A stretch of DNA of 27,548 bases from a virus (taxonomy: Duplodnaviria; Caudoviricetes): the IMG/VR virus record IMGVR_UViG_3300020151_000971, positions 1 through 27,548 of that record, one strand, 5' to 3'. The notes below the pieces were generated by a model. It saw only the letters and a program-made list of their open reading frames with translations. It was not told the origin of the DNA and did not search any database. The translations under genes and the position numbers were made by a program. Below are positions 9,326 to 17,224 of this stretch, in pieces. Positions within the stretch are counted from its first letter, which is position 1; each line of letters begins with the position of its first letter.

Positions 9326-9862
9326 TTAAATTAAAGGTGCGCAATCAGATGATGTGCCACAAGGGCCATTTGCTGTTACATTAATTTCAGGAATAAATTC
9401 AGCAACACCATCAACGCCATATCTAAATGTAGGAGTTTCTGTTGAGCATACAGCCACAGCAATTCCGCCACCTGTGTCAAAGTTTGGTATCATATTTATT
9501 GATACAAGCTGAATACCTTCAGTTGTGTTTCTATATCCAATATACAAATCTCTACCATCTCTCATAGCAGTTTCATACGGCATTTGAATTGTATAGCAAG
9601 TTCCGTCAGCAAGAGGTTCACATTCTAATGCCAAAGTTTGAACTGCAACAGGAGAACTTTCAAGTGAACCATATCCTTCGGGACAAAGCGTGGAAACAGT
9701 GACATCATATCTAATACCACAAGTAATCCCTACTGTAATAAGAACAGGTGAGCCTGTAACAGTAATACATGTTGGGGGATTTACTGAACCTGCTGGGTTA
9801 TAGCAAACTTTGTAGCTTGCTATACCCGCAACAGGAGTAAAATTTATTGATAATTCTGCCAT
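9326..9862 (-). CDS. Cys-rich putative fibre-tip protein with an N-terminal FN3-like domain lacking strand A
   Basis: 178 aa; MAELSINFTPVAGIASYKVCY...CGIRYDVTVSTLCP; clear paralogue of the downstream gene. Confidence 0.65.
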   Translation of the reverse strand: MAELSINFTPVAGIASYKVCYNPAGSVNPPTCITVTGSPVLITVGITCGIRYDVTVSTLCPEGYGSLESSPVAVQTLALECEPLADGTCYTIQMPYETAMRDGRDLYIGYRNTTEGIQLVSINMIPNFDTGGGIAVAVCSTETPTFRYGVDGVAEFIPEINVTANGPCGTSSDCAPLI

Positions 9863-9900
9863 AATGTGTTCAGATTATTTGATTTAATATTTACTTTACT

Positions 9901-10434
9901 CTATGACACATCTATTACTGATGCTGACAATCCTGTTGGTACTGGACATGTTGGAGCCTCTCCAATTGTTACTGAACCTCCACAAGGTATTGTTTCATCT
10001 CCTACAGAAATTGAAAAAGAATAGTTGTATGTTTGACCAAATTCACCATCAAATTGAACAGTAAATCCATCATTAGAAACATCATATGTACCAACTCCTT
10101 GTACTTCAACTGTTCCTGTATATGTTGCGTCTCCTGATAAACCTGGAAAGCTTAGTGTAACAAAATTTTCAGCAACTGTTTCCTCAACAGTTGGACAAAG
10201 TGGAACGCCTTTTGAAACATCTCCTGAATCAGTGGGACCACCATAGGTACAAATATTTACAATTTGATAAGTGTATAGTATGTTATTTACTGCAGTAGTA
10301 TCTGAGTAAGTAGACGCACTTGCACTTAATGAAGCAATGTCTGCAAAGGCTGAGCCTCCAGACTTTCTTTGAACCTTTTGTCCTGTGCTGTTTGCTCCAC
10401 CAGCAGGTGTCCATGATAAATTAATTGTTGCCAT
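9901..10434 (-). CDS. Two-domain FN3-like virion protein with an orphan C-terminal strand (putative fibre subunit)
   Basis: 177 aa; FN3 hallmarks INLSWTP, STYSDTT, LYTYQI; a second beta-sandwich; ends CPVPTGLSASVIDVS. Confidence 0.7.
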   Translation of the reverse strand: MATINLSWTPAGGANSTGQKVQRKSGGSAFADIASLSASASTYSDTTAVNNILYTYQIVNICTYGGPTDSGDVSKGVPLCPTVEETVAENFVTLSFPGLSGDATYTGTVEVQGVGTYDVSNDGFTVQFDGEFGQTYNYSFSISVGDETIPCGGSVTIGEAPTCPVPTGLSASVIDVS

Positions 10435-10465
10435 TTTGTTTTATTTTTTTTTAAGTTAAGTTAAG

Positions 10466-12133
10466 TTATTCTGAAATTGTTGCTATTAAATCTGTTGGTG
10501 GAGGACATGGTGGATTCTCACAGTCTCTGCTTTCGCTAAGTTCTGGACACGCAACACCTCCGCCAGAAGCTGGGGTAATCACTGTTCTAGTTCTTGTTTG
10601 AACACCTTCTACACACTCAGACCACTCAGACCAGTCTGATACAACACAATTAACTGGTGTTTCACAGTCTCTTGTTTCTATCAAATTTGGGCATGGTGTT
10701 CCACCATTAGCTGCTGGCGTAATAATTGTTCTTGTTCTAGTTTGAGTTCCTTCAAAACATGCTGACCATGCTGACCAACCAGAAACTACACAATCTGTAG
10801 GTTCAACAGGACATTCTGGTACTACATATGTATATGTTTGTTGAATCATCTCTTCGTTACATTCAATTCTTAAAGTTAAAGTAACAGATGTACCAGCAGG
10901 AACATTAACAGCATCCATTTGACCACCTCCAAACGGTGAGTTAAATGTCCAGAAAGAACTTGATGATGGTATTGTAGGACTAAATTGGTAAGTACTTTGA
11001 ATTAAAACTTCACTTGTTCCTGTTTTCTGAACATTCACAAATAAATCAGAACCTGTTGCCCATGTGGCAGATGAAGGTACTGTAATGCTATAGTTGTATC
11101 CAATTGAAGGACAATCCCAAGTTCCAAATGTTACCCATGATGGATCAATAGTACCACAGTCTGGAGGACAAGGAAGTACTGTAACACTTGTTGTTGTTTG
11201 TACATCACAGTCTATTGCGTTAAAAGATTTGTAAACTTTTATAAAGTATGTGCCTGCAGCTACTCCTGTAAATGTATGAGTATATGTTGAGCCTGTGCCT
11301 GTTACTATAAAATCGTGATATTGTAAAGGAATGGTAGGTGCAGTTGTGCTAACTAATTCTACAGTTAAACTTGTTGCTGCTCCTATAGTAGCATCATCAA
11401 ATGTTAACTCAATAGTTTCACAATCTACAGAGTCACTATAGAATTCTGTTACAGGTACACATTGTAAAACGCAAGATTCTGTTTGAATTAAAACTGGACA
11501 ACCTACTCCACCACATGATGCTGGTGTAATCACAGTCCTTGTTCTTGTTCTTGTTCCTCCATCATTGCATTCACTCCACTCACTCCATCCAGATACTACA
11601 CAATCAACAGGAGTGCAACCACATTCTCTAGTTTCAATCAATGTTGGACATGCTGTACCACCGCAAGAAGCAGGAGTTACAATTGTTCTTGTTCTTGTTT
11701 CCACACCTTCAATACAGGGTCCCCAGGCACTCCATGCAGAGACTACACAGTTTACTGGAGTACAGCATGATCTAGTTTCAATAAGAGGAGGACATGCGGT
11801 GCCACCATTTTGTGGTTGTTGTATTACAGTTCTTGTTCTAGTTTGAACACCATCAATACATGGACCCCAAGCACTCCATTCTGACACAACGCAGTTAATC
11901 ACTGGAGGTGTGCCATCACAACAATCACAAAGTCTTGCTGCAATAATTTGAATTACCTGATTAAGACTTGCTCCTGTTAAAATACCAAGACATGGAATTG
12001 CAGGACCTGTGTATCTAACACATGTGTCTAAAACTATTTCTTCGCATGGCTCACCCACACAATCTGGTGGTGGTGGAGCAGGAACACAGGGTTCTGGTTC
12101 GTTGCAAGGGTTACAATATTGATTAGGATACAT
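10466..12133 (-). CDS. Cys-rich virion fibre/decoration protein with five thrombospondin type-1 (spondin-type) repeats and Ig/FN3-like domains
   Basis: 555 aa; five copies of CVVSxWSxWxxC..G..TRTRT......GG..CP.L.[EQ]...C. N-terminal domain shared with 12149..13717. Confidence 0.85.
   Translation of the reverse strand: MYPNQYCNPCNEPEPCVPAPPPPDCVGEPCEEIVLDTCVRYTGPAIPCLGILTGASLNQVIQIIAARLCDCCDGTPPVINCVVSEWSAWGPCIDGVQTRTRTVIQQPQNGGTACPPLIETRSCCTPVNCVVSAWSAWGPCIEGVETRTRTIVTPASCGGTACPTLIETRECGCTPVDCVVSGWSEWSECNDGGTRTRTRTVITPASCGGVGCPVLIQTESCVLQCVPVTEFYSDSVDCETIELTFDDATIGAATSLTVELVSTTAPTIPLQYHDFIVTGTGSTYTHTFTGVAAGTYFIKVYKSFNAIDCDVQTTTSVTVLPCPPDCGTIDPSWVTFGTWDCPSIGYNYSITVPSSATWATGSDLFVNVQKTGTSEVLIQSTYQFSPTIPSSSSFWTFNSPFGGGQMDAVNVPAGTSVTLTLRIECNEEMIQQTYTYVVPECPVEPTDCVVSGWSAWSACFEGTQTRTRTIITPAANGGTPCPNLIETRDCETPVNCVVSDWSEWSECVEGVQTRTRTVITPASGGGVACPELSESRDCENPPCPPPTDLIATISE
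10520..10792 (-). repeat. TSP1-like repeats 4-5
   Basis: CVVSGWSAWSACFEGTQTRTRTIITPAANGGTPCPNLIETRDC and CVVSDWSEWSECVEGVQTRTRTVITPASGGGVACPELSESRDC. Confidence 0.85.
11471..11893 (-). repeat. TSP1-like repeats 1-3
   Basis: Three tandem ~47-49 aa units with WSxW and RTRT motifs; the DNA repeat 'ttcttgttc' (RTRT) recurs. Confidence 0.85.
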
Positions 12134-12148
12134 TTATATAAAATTTAT

Positions 12149-13717
12149 TTATGTTAAACATGTGATTTCTCCAGGACACGCCACAGCTCTATCGCCTGTA
12201 ATATCTTGGATGCAGTTGTAAATTTGTGTTTTTACTGTACAAGGATCTGAACCACACTTAACGTGTCTTTCAGAATAATAAATATGCTCAACTACTGAAA
12301 TACCAGTTCCAAAAGTTTTTGTAATAGTCTCTGATCCCATGGCAGCACAATCTCCTTCTACCTCATAATTTATTAAAACATTAAAAGGAGCGTAAGCATT
12401 TGCAACAGTTGCACTTGTTGAGTTATTTTTCAAAGTAAGAGTTGTTTTCCTACGTCTACTTGTATAACTATCTCCATCGCAGTTTTCTACAATGTCATCA
12501 TAACCGACATCCGTAACTTGAACACAATATACTACTCCAGTTAATGCAAGTTTTGCAATCAATGTTGCAACAGATGAATCTTCGCAACTGTACTCAGCAA
12601 TAATTTGAATACGATAATCTTTAGTAGGATCTGGAACAAGAGTTACATTATATGAATTTGTTCCAAAGGGCACATTCGCATTCAAAATTGCAGAACCTAC
12701 TATGGCACTTCCATTCCATTCAAAAGCTTGAATATTATATTGAATAGGATTTTCATTTGTGCCAACTGAAGGTGCTGTCCAATTGATTGTAGAACCTGAA
12801 ACTGATAAGTTTGTAAGTTGAATATTTGATACTGGTACTGGTACACATCCTGGTGTACTTGTTCCTGAGCAACATTCTTCAATAGCAGTTCTCATATCAC
12901 AAATTGTCAACCACATATTTGTTATGGTTTGTGATAATGTTGTTGGTGTTGCGACCCATCCAGGTAAATTAGACATTGTTTGTTCAGCATTTGAAAGCTG
13001 AGGTGCTGCATCTAAGTCTGTGCACTCTTTAGCAATTGCTGTAGATAGTGCTGCGTTAGTTCCAAGCAAACTTGTCAATTGACAAAACTTTCCTTCAAAT
13101 GCAGAAAATGCTTGACCAATTGGAACTACTGTCCCTGGTACAGGACTACTGGCACATTGAGATACAATTGAAATTGTAGTGCCTCCGCCTCCGCCACCTG
13201 TGTTATTTTCTAAAACAGTTACTCTGTTCTGTAAATTTGTAATTGATAATTTTATGCTTATAATTTCAGCTATTGCTTCACAAATTTTTGTTGCCAAATA
13301 CTGGCTATAAGCTGCTGGTAACAATGATGTAATTTCATCACCATCTTCTGTATAATACAAACATGGGGGTAATGAAATTGGTAATACTGTACCACCACCT
13401 CCAGAACCCTCATCACAACAATTATCTTCAAAATAACATTGCTTATCAATAATCAATTGCAATGCTTGAACAATTGTAGTAGGTTCAACAGCACCTGTAG
13501 GTACTAAACATTTGAAATCTAAAGTAGTAAGATCAATAACCCCAGAAGCTATCTCACATAACTTTATTGCTAACTCATAAACAACATCTGTAATTGAGTC
13601 TCCTTTGCAAAGTTCAATGCAAGGAATATCTGGACCTTGCCAGATCACACATGAAGAAGATATTTTTGAACATCCATCTTCAGGTTTTAGGTGTAAGTTG
13701 CTTCTTAATGGCTTCAT
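12149..13717 (-). CDS. Cys-rich fibre-like protein with a coiled coil, Gly linkers and a complete FN3-like domain
   Basis: 522 aa; N-terminal CVIWQGPDIPC domain; heptads IISIKLSITNLQNRVTVLEN; GSGGGG and GGGGGG linkers; FN3 'CVPVPVSNIQLTNLSVSGSTINWTAP...YRIQIIAEYSC'. Confidence 0.7.
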   Translation of the reverse strand: MKPLRSNLHLKPEDGCSKISSSCVIWQGPDIPCIELCKGDSITDVVYELAIKLCEIASGVIDLTTLDFKCLVPTGAVEPTTIVQALQLIIDKQCYFEDNCCDEGSGGGGTVLPISLPPCLYYTEDGDEITSLLPAAYSQYLATKICEAIAEIISIKLSITNLQNRVTVLENNTGGGGGGTTISIVSQCASSPVPGTVVPIGQAFSAFEGKFCQLTSLLGTNAALSTAIAKECTDLDAAPQLSNAEQTMSNLPGWVATPTTLSQTITNMWLTICDMRTAIEECCSGTSTPGCVPVPVSNIQLTNLSVSGSTINWTAPSVGTNENPIQYNIQAFEWNGSAIVGSAILNANVPFGTNSYNVTLVPDPTKDYRIQIIAEYSCEDSSVATLIAKLALTGVVYCVQVTDVGYDDIVENCDGDSYTSRRRKTTLTLKNNSTSATVANAYAPFNVLINYEVEGDCAAMGSETITKTFGTGISVVEHIYYSERHVKCGSDPCTVKTQIYNCIQDITGDRAVACPGEITCLT

Positions 13718-13944
13718 TATAATGTCTTGATTTTTTCTTCAATACTCAGTTTACTACATCTTCCGCCAAATGTCAAACCACAAGTGTTCATCTCAAAAGT
13801 TCTTTTATAAAGTTCTCTTAGATCTTGTGCAAATTCAGCATCTACTTTTGCCTTACACGTCTTAATACCATAACGCTGTACTTTATAAGAAATAAAGACA
13901 GAGTCTGCAAAAAGCTCACTAATATGTTCTAATGGTGTAGGCAT
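13717..13944 (-). CDS. Small hypothetical protein (probably structural)
   Basis: 75 aa with RYGIKTC motif; TAATG coupling to the next gene; A-rich leader. Confidence 0.65.
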   Translation of the reverse strand: MPTPLEHISELFADSVFISYKVQRYGIKTCKAKVDAEFAQDLRELYKRTFEMNTCGLTFGGRCSKLSIEEKIKTL

Positions 13945-13967
13945 CTTTTTAATATTATTTAAAGTAG

Positions 13968-14153
13968 TTATTTACCATTCTGTAAAGCAGCGTTCATTGC
14001 AGCAATCTTAAGCTGTTCTTCTGATGCTTGTTTTAATTTAACTATGTTGTTTTCATGACTAGTAACGCAAGAACTACATACTTCTTTTTTATCAGAAGCA
14101 ATTCTCTTTTGACATCCACACGATAGTGTTGCTCCACAGTTTTGACAATTCAT
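13968..14153 (-). CDS. Small Cys-rich protein (CxxC-x5-CGC-x11-CxxC), putative metal-binding or disulfide protein
   Basis: 61 aa, MNCQNCGATLSCGCQKRIASDKKEVCSSCV; fills the gap in the operon and has an A-rich leader. Confidence 0.7.
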   Translation of the reverse strand: MNCQNCGATLSCGCQKRIASDKKEVCSSCVTSHENNIVKLKQASEEQLKIAAMNAALQNGK

Positions 14154-14178
14154 CTTTTTTTAGGTTTTTGGTTTTCTA

Positions 14179-14742
14179 TTAGTGACATGTTACACAGCAA
14201 CCTGTCATATACTTTCTTAAAAGTTTATCAGCATAAGCTAACATCTCAACTCCTTGTTTTGGTGAGTGACAATACTCAGCTTTTGCTTTTGCTGCATCAA
14301 TATACATTTTAATATAACGCAGGTCATGCAACTTCTGATGTTGCTCTGGAGTTGGTTCACAAGGTTCAAGTTGTACTTTACAAAGTTCCTTGTAATAAAT
14401 ATTCATAATCCTTGTTGTTCTCAAATGATAATATTCTACAAAAACCTTATCATTTGGGGAAACACTATATTTTATTGTGTAGAGGCCATCAGGTAATGCA
14501 ATCAAATGTTCAGCTTGTGGATGCTGCAAACTAAAATCTTTTGCATTCAGATTTAATACAAAATCTGGAGCAAGAGCTGGTTCAGTTATGTACAAGGGTT
14601 CCACAAATCCAGGAAGAAATATATCTAACCTAGGACAGTCCACAGGAAGAGTCGCAGCGTAAACAGAACTATCCCATATTTTTAAGATAGTGTCACATGC
14701 TGTGTCTGGTATATCTAATGCCAGAATATGTTTTATCGCCAT
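14179..14742 (-). CDS. Putative structural protein (Ig-like N-terminus, helical C-terminus)
   Basis: 187 aa; 'LPDGLYTIKYSVSPN' beta-motif, then Cys-containing helices. First gene after a terminator and the promoter-like motif. Confidence 0.6.
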   Translation of the reverse strand: MAIKHILALDIPDTACDTILKIWDSSVYAATLPVDCPRLDIFLPGFVEPLYITEPALAPDFVLNLNAKDFSLQHPQAEHLIALPDGLYTIKYSVSPNDKVFVEYYHLRTTRIMNIYYKELCKVQLEPCEPTPEQHQKLHDLRYIKMYIDAAKAKAEYCHSPKQGVEMLAYADKLLRKYMTGCCVTCH

Positions 14743-14768
14743 TTTATTAATTTATAATTATAGAATCT

Positions 14769-14789
14769 CTACACTTAGAATTTACAAAA
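14769..14789 (-). promoter_or_regulatory. Candidate phage late-promoter motif, copy 2
   Basis: Minus-strand TTTTGTAAATTCTAAGTGTAG, directly downstream of a terminator and upstream of the Cys-rich block. Confidence 0.55.
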
Positions 14790-14799
14790 AATATCTAAC

Positions 14800-14842
14800 A
14801 AAAACAAAAAAAGGAGGGAAGAGTTGCACCCTTCTCCTCCTT
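14800..14842 (-). terminator. Intrinsic terminator after the capsid operon
   Basis: Minus-strand AAGGAGGAGAAGGGTGCAACTCTTCCCTCCTT followed by TTTTTGTTTTT. Confidence 0.8.
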
Positions 14843-14873
14843 CTTTGCAATGTATAGATGGCAAGATCAGTTA

Positions 14874-16028
14874 TTACAACTGAACTTGTAGTTGTATGTG
14901 GTTGTTAGAGCTCAACAACAAAGCATCAATGTATGCTTCAAAAGCGGCATCACGTGCATCAACAACAACTTTTACCAAGTACTGATCTGCGTCCATCATT
15001 CCAGTTGGGTTGCTCTTGCGAGGAACACTGTGTAGAATGTGGTAAACAAAGTATTTAGATGCGCGAGACAACTCAGAAAGAGTAGTGTCATCCAATACTT
15101 CACGCAAACGAGAATCTTGAGTCCAAGGCTCTTGTTGGTATCTCTTAGACAAGATCAATTCTCTTACCAAAGTTTCACCATAACCTTTTCCTTGATAAGC
15201 TTGAGTTACCTCAGCTACAAAGAAACAAGACTCAGAACAAGGATCACCAGTTGAATCAACTGCAGATGCGTAGATGTAAACAGGCTCAATTTCAAAATGA
15301 TCTTTAGGATCAAATGAACAGTTACCAAATTTAGTGTCAACATAAGCACCAGTCAATTTCAATTGTACCCACTTGTCGTCAAGAGCAATAGTAGCCCAGT
15401 TAGCAGGCTTAGTAGTAGTAACTACAGGGCTTGCACCAGAATTGTTAGTGTACAACAAAGAAGCTGAGATAAATTTGCCAATGATCAAGTCTTCAGCAAT
15501 AGCAGCAGCCCATGCTTCGTAAACAATAGCTGAATCAACTAGAGTTCCTTCAACGTCACCAGGGCAACATCCTGTGAATGCATCAACAGTTTTGTAAGCG
15601 TTGTGAGTTAAGAAACGTAGTGCAGCAGAACCTTTTACATCTACACGTAGACGATAAGTTGTGTTACATGTAATTTCACAAGGAGCAGCAGCACCTACAG
15701 TGATTACATGGTTTACAGCGTTAGCAGGTTCAGTTACGTAGAACGCACTTACATACTTAGGATTGATACCTTTAGACTTTACAGTCTCTTTGTATCCTCC
15801 GTGAAAAGGACCAATCTTGTCATTAGCGTGAAAGCTACCTTGAGCAAGATAAATCAATGGTGTAGTAGCATATACAGGTGCAACGGTTAGATCTTGGATC
15901 AAGTTATCTTGTGCAGATACTACTCCAATTTCACCAGCTACCAATGCTAATGTGTTTTGCCCGTCTTTAGTAGAGAAACCATCTGTTCCTACTAAGAGTT
16001 TTTGAAAGGCGTGTGGAAAATAAGCCAT
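14874..16028 (-). CDS. Conserved crAss-like structural protein (likely auxiliary capsid/decoration protein)
   Basis: 384 aa, beta-rich, in the capsid operon; codon usage resembles the MCP; 'G.GYG..L' motif near the C-terminus. Confidence 0.6.
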   Translation of the reverse strand: MAYFPHAFQKLLVGTDGFSTKDGQNTLALVAGEIGVVSAQDNLIQDLTVAPVYATTPLIYLAQGSFHANDKIGPFHGGYKETVKSKGINPKYVSAFYVTEPANAVNHVITVGAAAPCEITCNTTYRLRVDVKGSAALRFLTHNAYKTVDAFTGCCPGDVEGTLVDSAIVYEAWAAAIAEDLIIGKFISASLLYTNNSGASPVVTTTKPANWATIALDDKWVQLKLTGAYVDTKFGNCSFDPKDHFEIEPVYIYASAVDSTGDPCSESCFFVAEVTQAYQGKGYGETLVRELILSKRYQQEPWTQDSRLREVLDDTTLSELSRASKYFVYHILHSVPRKSNPTGMMDADQYLVKVVVDARDAAFEAYIDALLLSSNNHIQLQVQL

Positions 16029-16067
16029 AATGTTTAAAATATTAAAGGGTTAAAAAAATGTTTAAGT

Positions 16068-16523
16068 TTATTGTAAGAATAAAAGTTTATACTTTGCAGC
16101 ATTCAGTTTACTCTTAACATTGTCAAGGTCATTTACAACTTCAGAATAAGGAACTTTACCTTGTAGCTCTGTTATCATTAATGACATCTCTCGTATATAA
16201 GATACAGCTTCTTCTTTAGAATACAAACTTTTTGGTAAAATATCTGCACATTTAATAAGTTTTTCGCATGCACCTTGATATCCTTCAGCAATTGAATCAA
16301 TCAGAGCTGGTAATTCTTCATACAATTCGCCCAAAGCAACATGTACTGCATAAGAACCTTCTCCTGTAATCTTCAAGTGAAGCTTGTGAAAGGTTGTAAC
16401 TGAGTTCATTAATTCAGTTATACACTGACCCACAAGCATATCTGTCATGTCTGATTCTGATGAATCATAACTACCAGATGCCATCTTGGATTTTTTAAGC
16501 TTGTATACTTCTTCAAACTCCAT
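16068..16523 (-). CDS. Ferritin/Dps-like four-helix protein (DUF5856-like)
   Basis: 151 aa; 'FHKLHLKITGEGSYAVHVALGELYEELPALIDSIAEGYQG' resembles the Dps H-W-x3-G..F..LH...E.Y......D..AER signature; ends KYKLLFL. Confidence 0.7.
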   Translation of the reverse strand: MEFEEVYKLKKSKMASGSYDSSESDMTDMLVGQCITELMNSVTTFHKLHLKITGEGSYAVHVALGELYEELPALIDSIAEGYQGACEKLIKCADILPKSLYSKEEAVSYIREMSLMITELQGKVPYSEVVNDLDNVKSKLNAAKYKLLFLQ

Positions 16524-16525
16524 TG

Positions 16526-17224
16526 TTAGTTATTTAAAGTTGCTTGTTGTTTGTTTCTAGAATACTGATTGAACAATTCCATATCACCTGCTAAGATTGA
16601 GCATGTCTCATCAACAACCAATTCAATAATGTCGTCTTTAAGTTCACATTCAACATCTACATCAGTTGTTCCTGTAGAAGGATTTATACAACCTAAGAAT
16701 GAAATGTTTCTAGGTTTTCTATAATACACAAGTTTGGGAGCACCTAAGTCAAACTCTCCATTTGTGTAAATCCTAAATCTGTCACTTTGCACAGTTGCAA
16801 AAGTCTCACCCCATTTAGCACTAGGCTTTCTGAAATCATCTCCTAGAAGATTGTCTACGTCAGCTACCTGAGCTAGGTAAACAATAAGAGGTCTCTCAGG
16901 GCAACACTCTGTGACAGCATTTACAGAAATTCTTTTATAGAACAGATAATCAGGAGGTATGGTAGCCGTTTCATAATACAGTGGAAACTCTGTTGCCGTT
17001 ATATTATTTTCAACAATTAAGATTTGCAAATCATCAATATTCATGATTGTTTGCTCACTACCTTCCTTACCTTGATTGTGACCATGAACTTGCCTACGTA
17101 CCCATTCTAGCTGAGCTTTATTAAAAGCCTCAACTATCTGCCAACACTCAATGTTGTCATAGTCCTGAGAAGACAACTTATTCAGTCTTTCTCTAACTTT
17201 AATTTGTAGTAGGTTGTTGTTCAT
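16526..17224 (-). CDS. Conserved crAss-like structural protein (putative head-tail connector/ring protein)
   Basis: 232 aa; 'EAFNKAQ', 'IDDLQIL', 'YYRKP', 'CEL.D.I.E.VVD', typical of the second conserved gene after the MCP. Confidence 0.6.
   Translation of the reverse strand: MNNNLLQIKVRERLNKLSSQDYDNIECWQIVEAFNKAQLEWVRRQVHGHNQGKEGSEQTIMNIDDLQILIVENNITATEFPLYYETATIPPDYLFYKRISVNAVTECCPERPLIVYLAQVADVDNLLGDDFRKPSAKWGETFATVQSDRFRIYTNGEFDLGAPKLVYYRKPRNISFLGCINPSTGTTDVDVECELKDDIIELVVDETCSILAGDMELFNQYSRNKQQATLNN

Noticed and set aside
9863-10465. Readthrough or frameshift fusing the split FN3 genes
   Set aside because: The gaps are 31 and 38 nt, out of frame, contain further stops, and each downstream gene has its own A-rich leader and ATG. 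The CTTAA x3 and A-run at 10443-10465 look like ordinary leader sequence.
11565-11846. Plus-strand 93-aa ORF with apparent internal repeats
   Set aside because: Antisense mirror of the TSP1 repeats.
10466-12133. CRISPR array or DGR template/variable repeat
   Set aside because: Repeats are in-frame protein repeats with synonymous divergence; no spacers, no adenine-specific pattern and no reverse transcriptase in the window.
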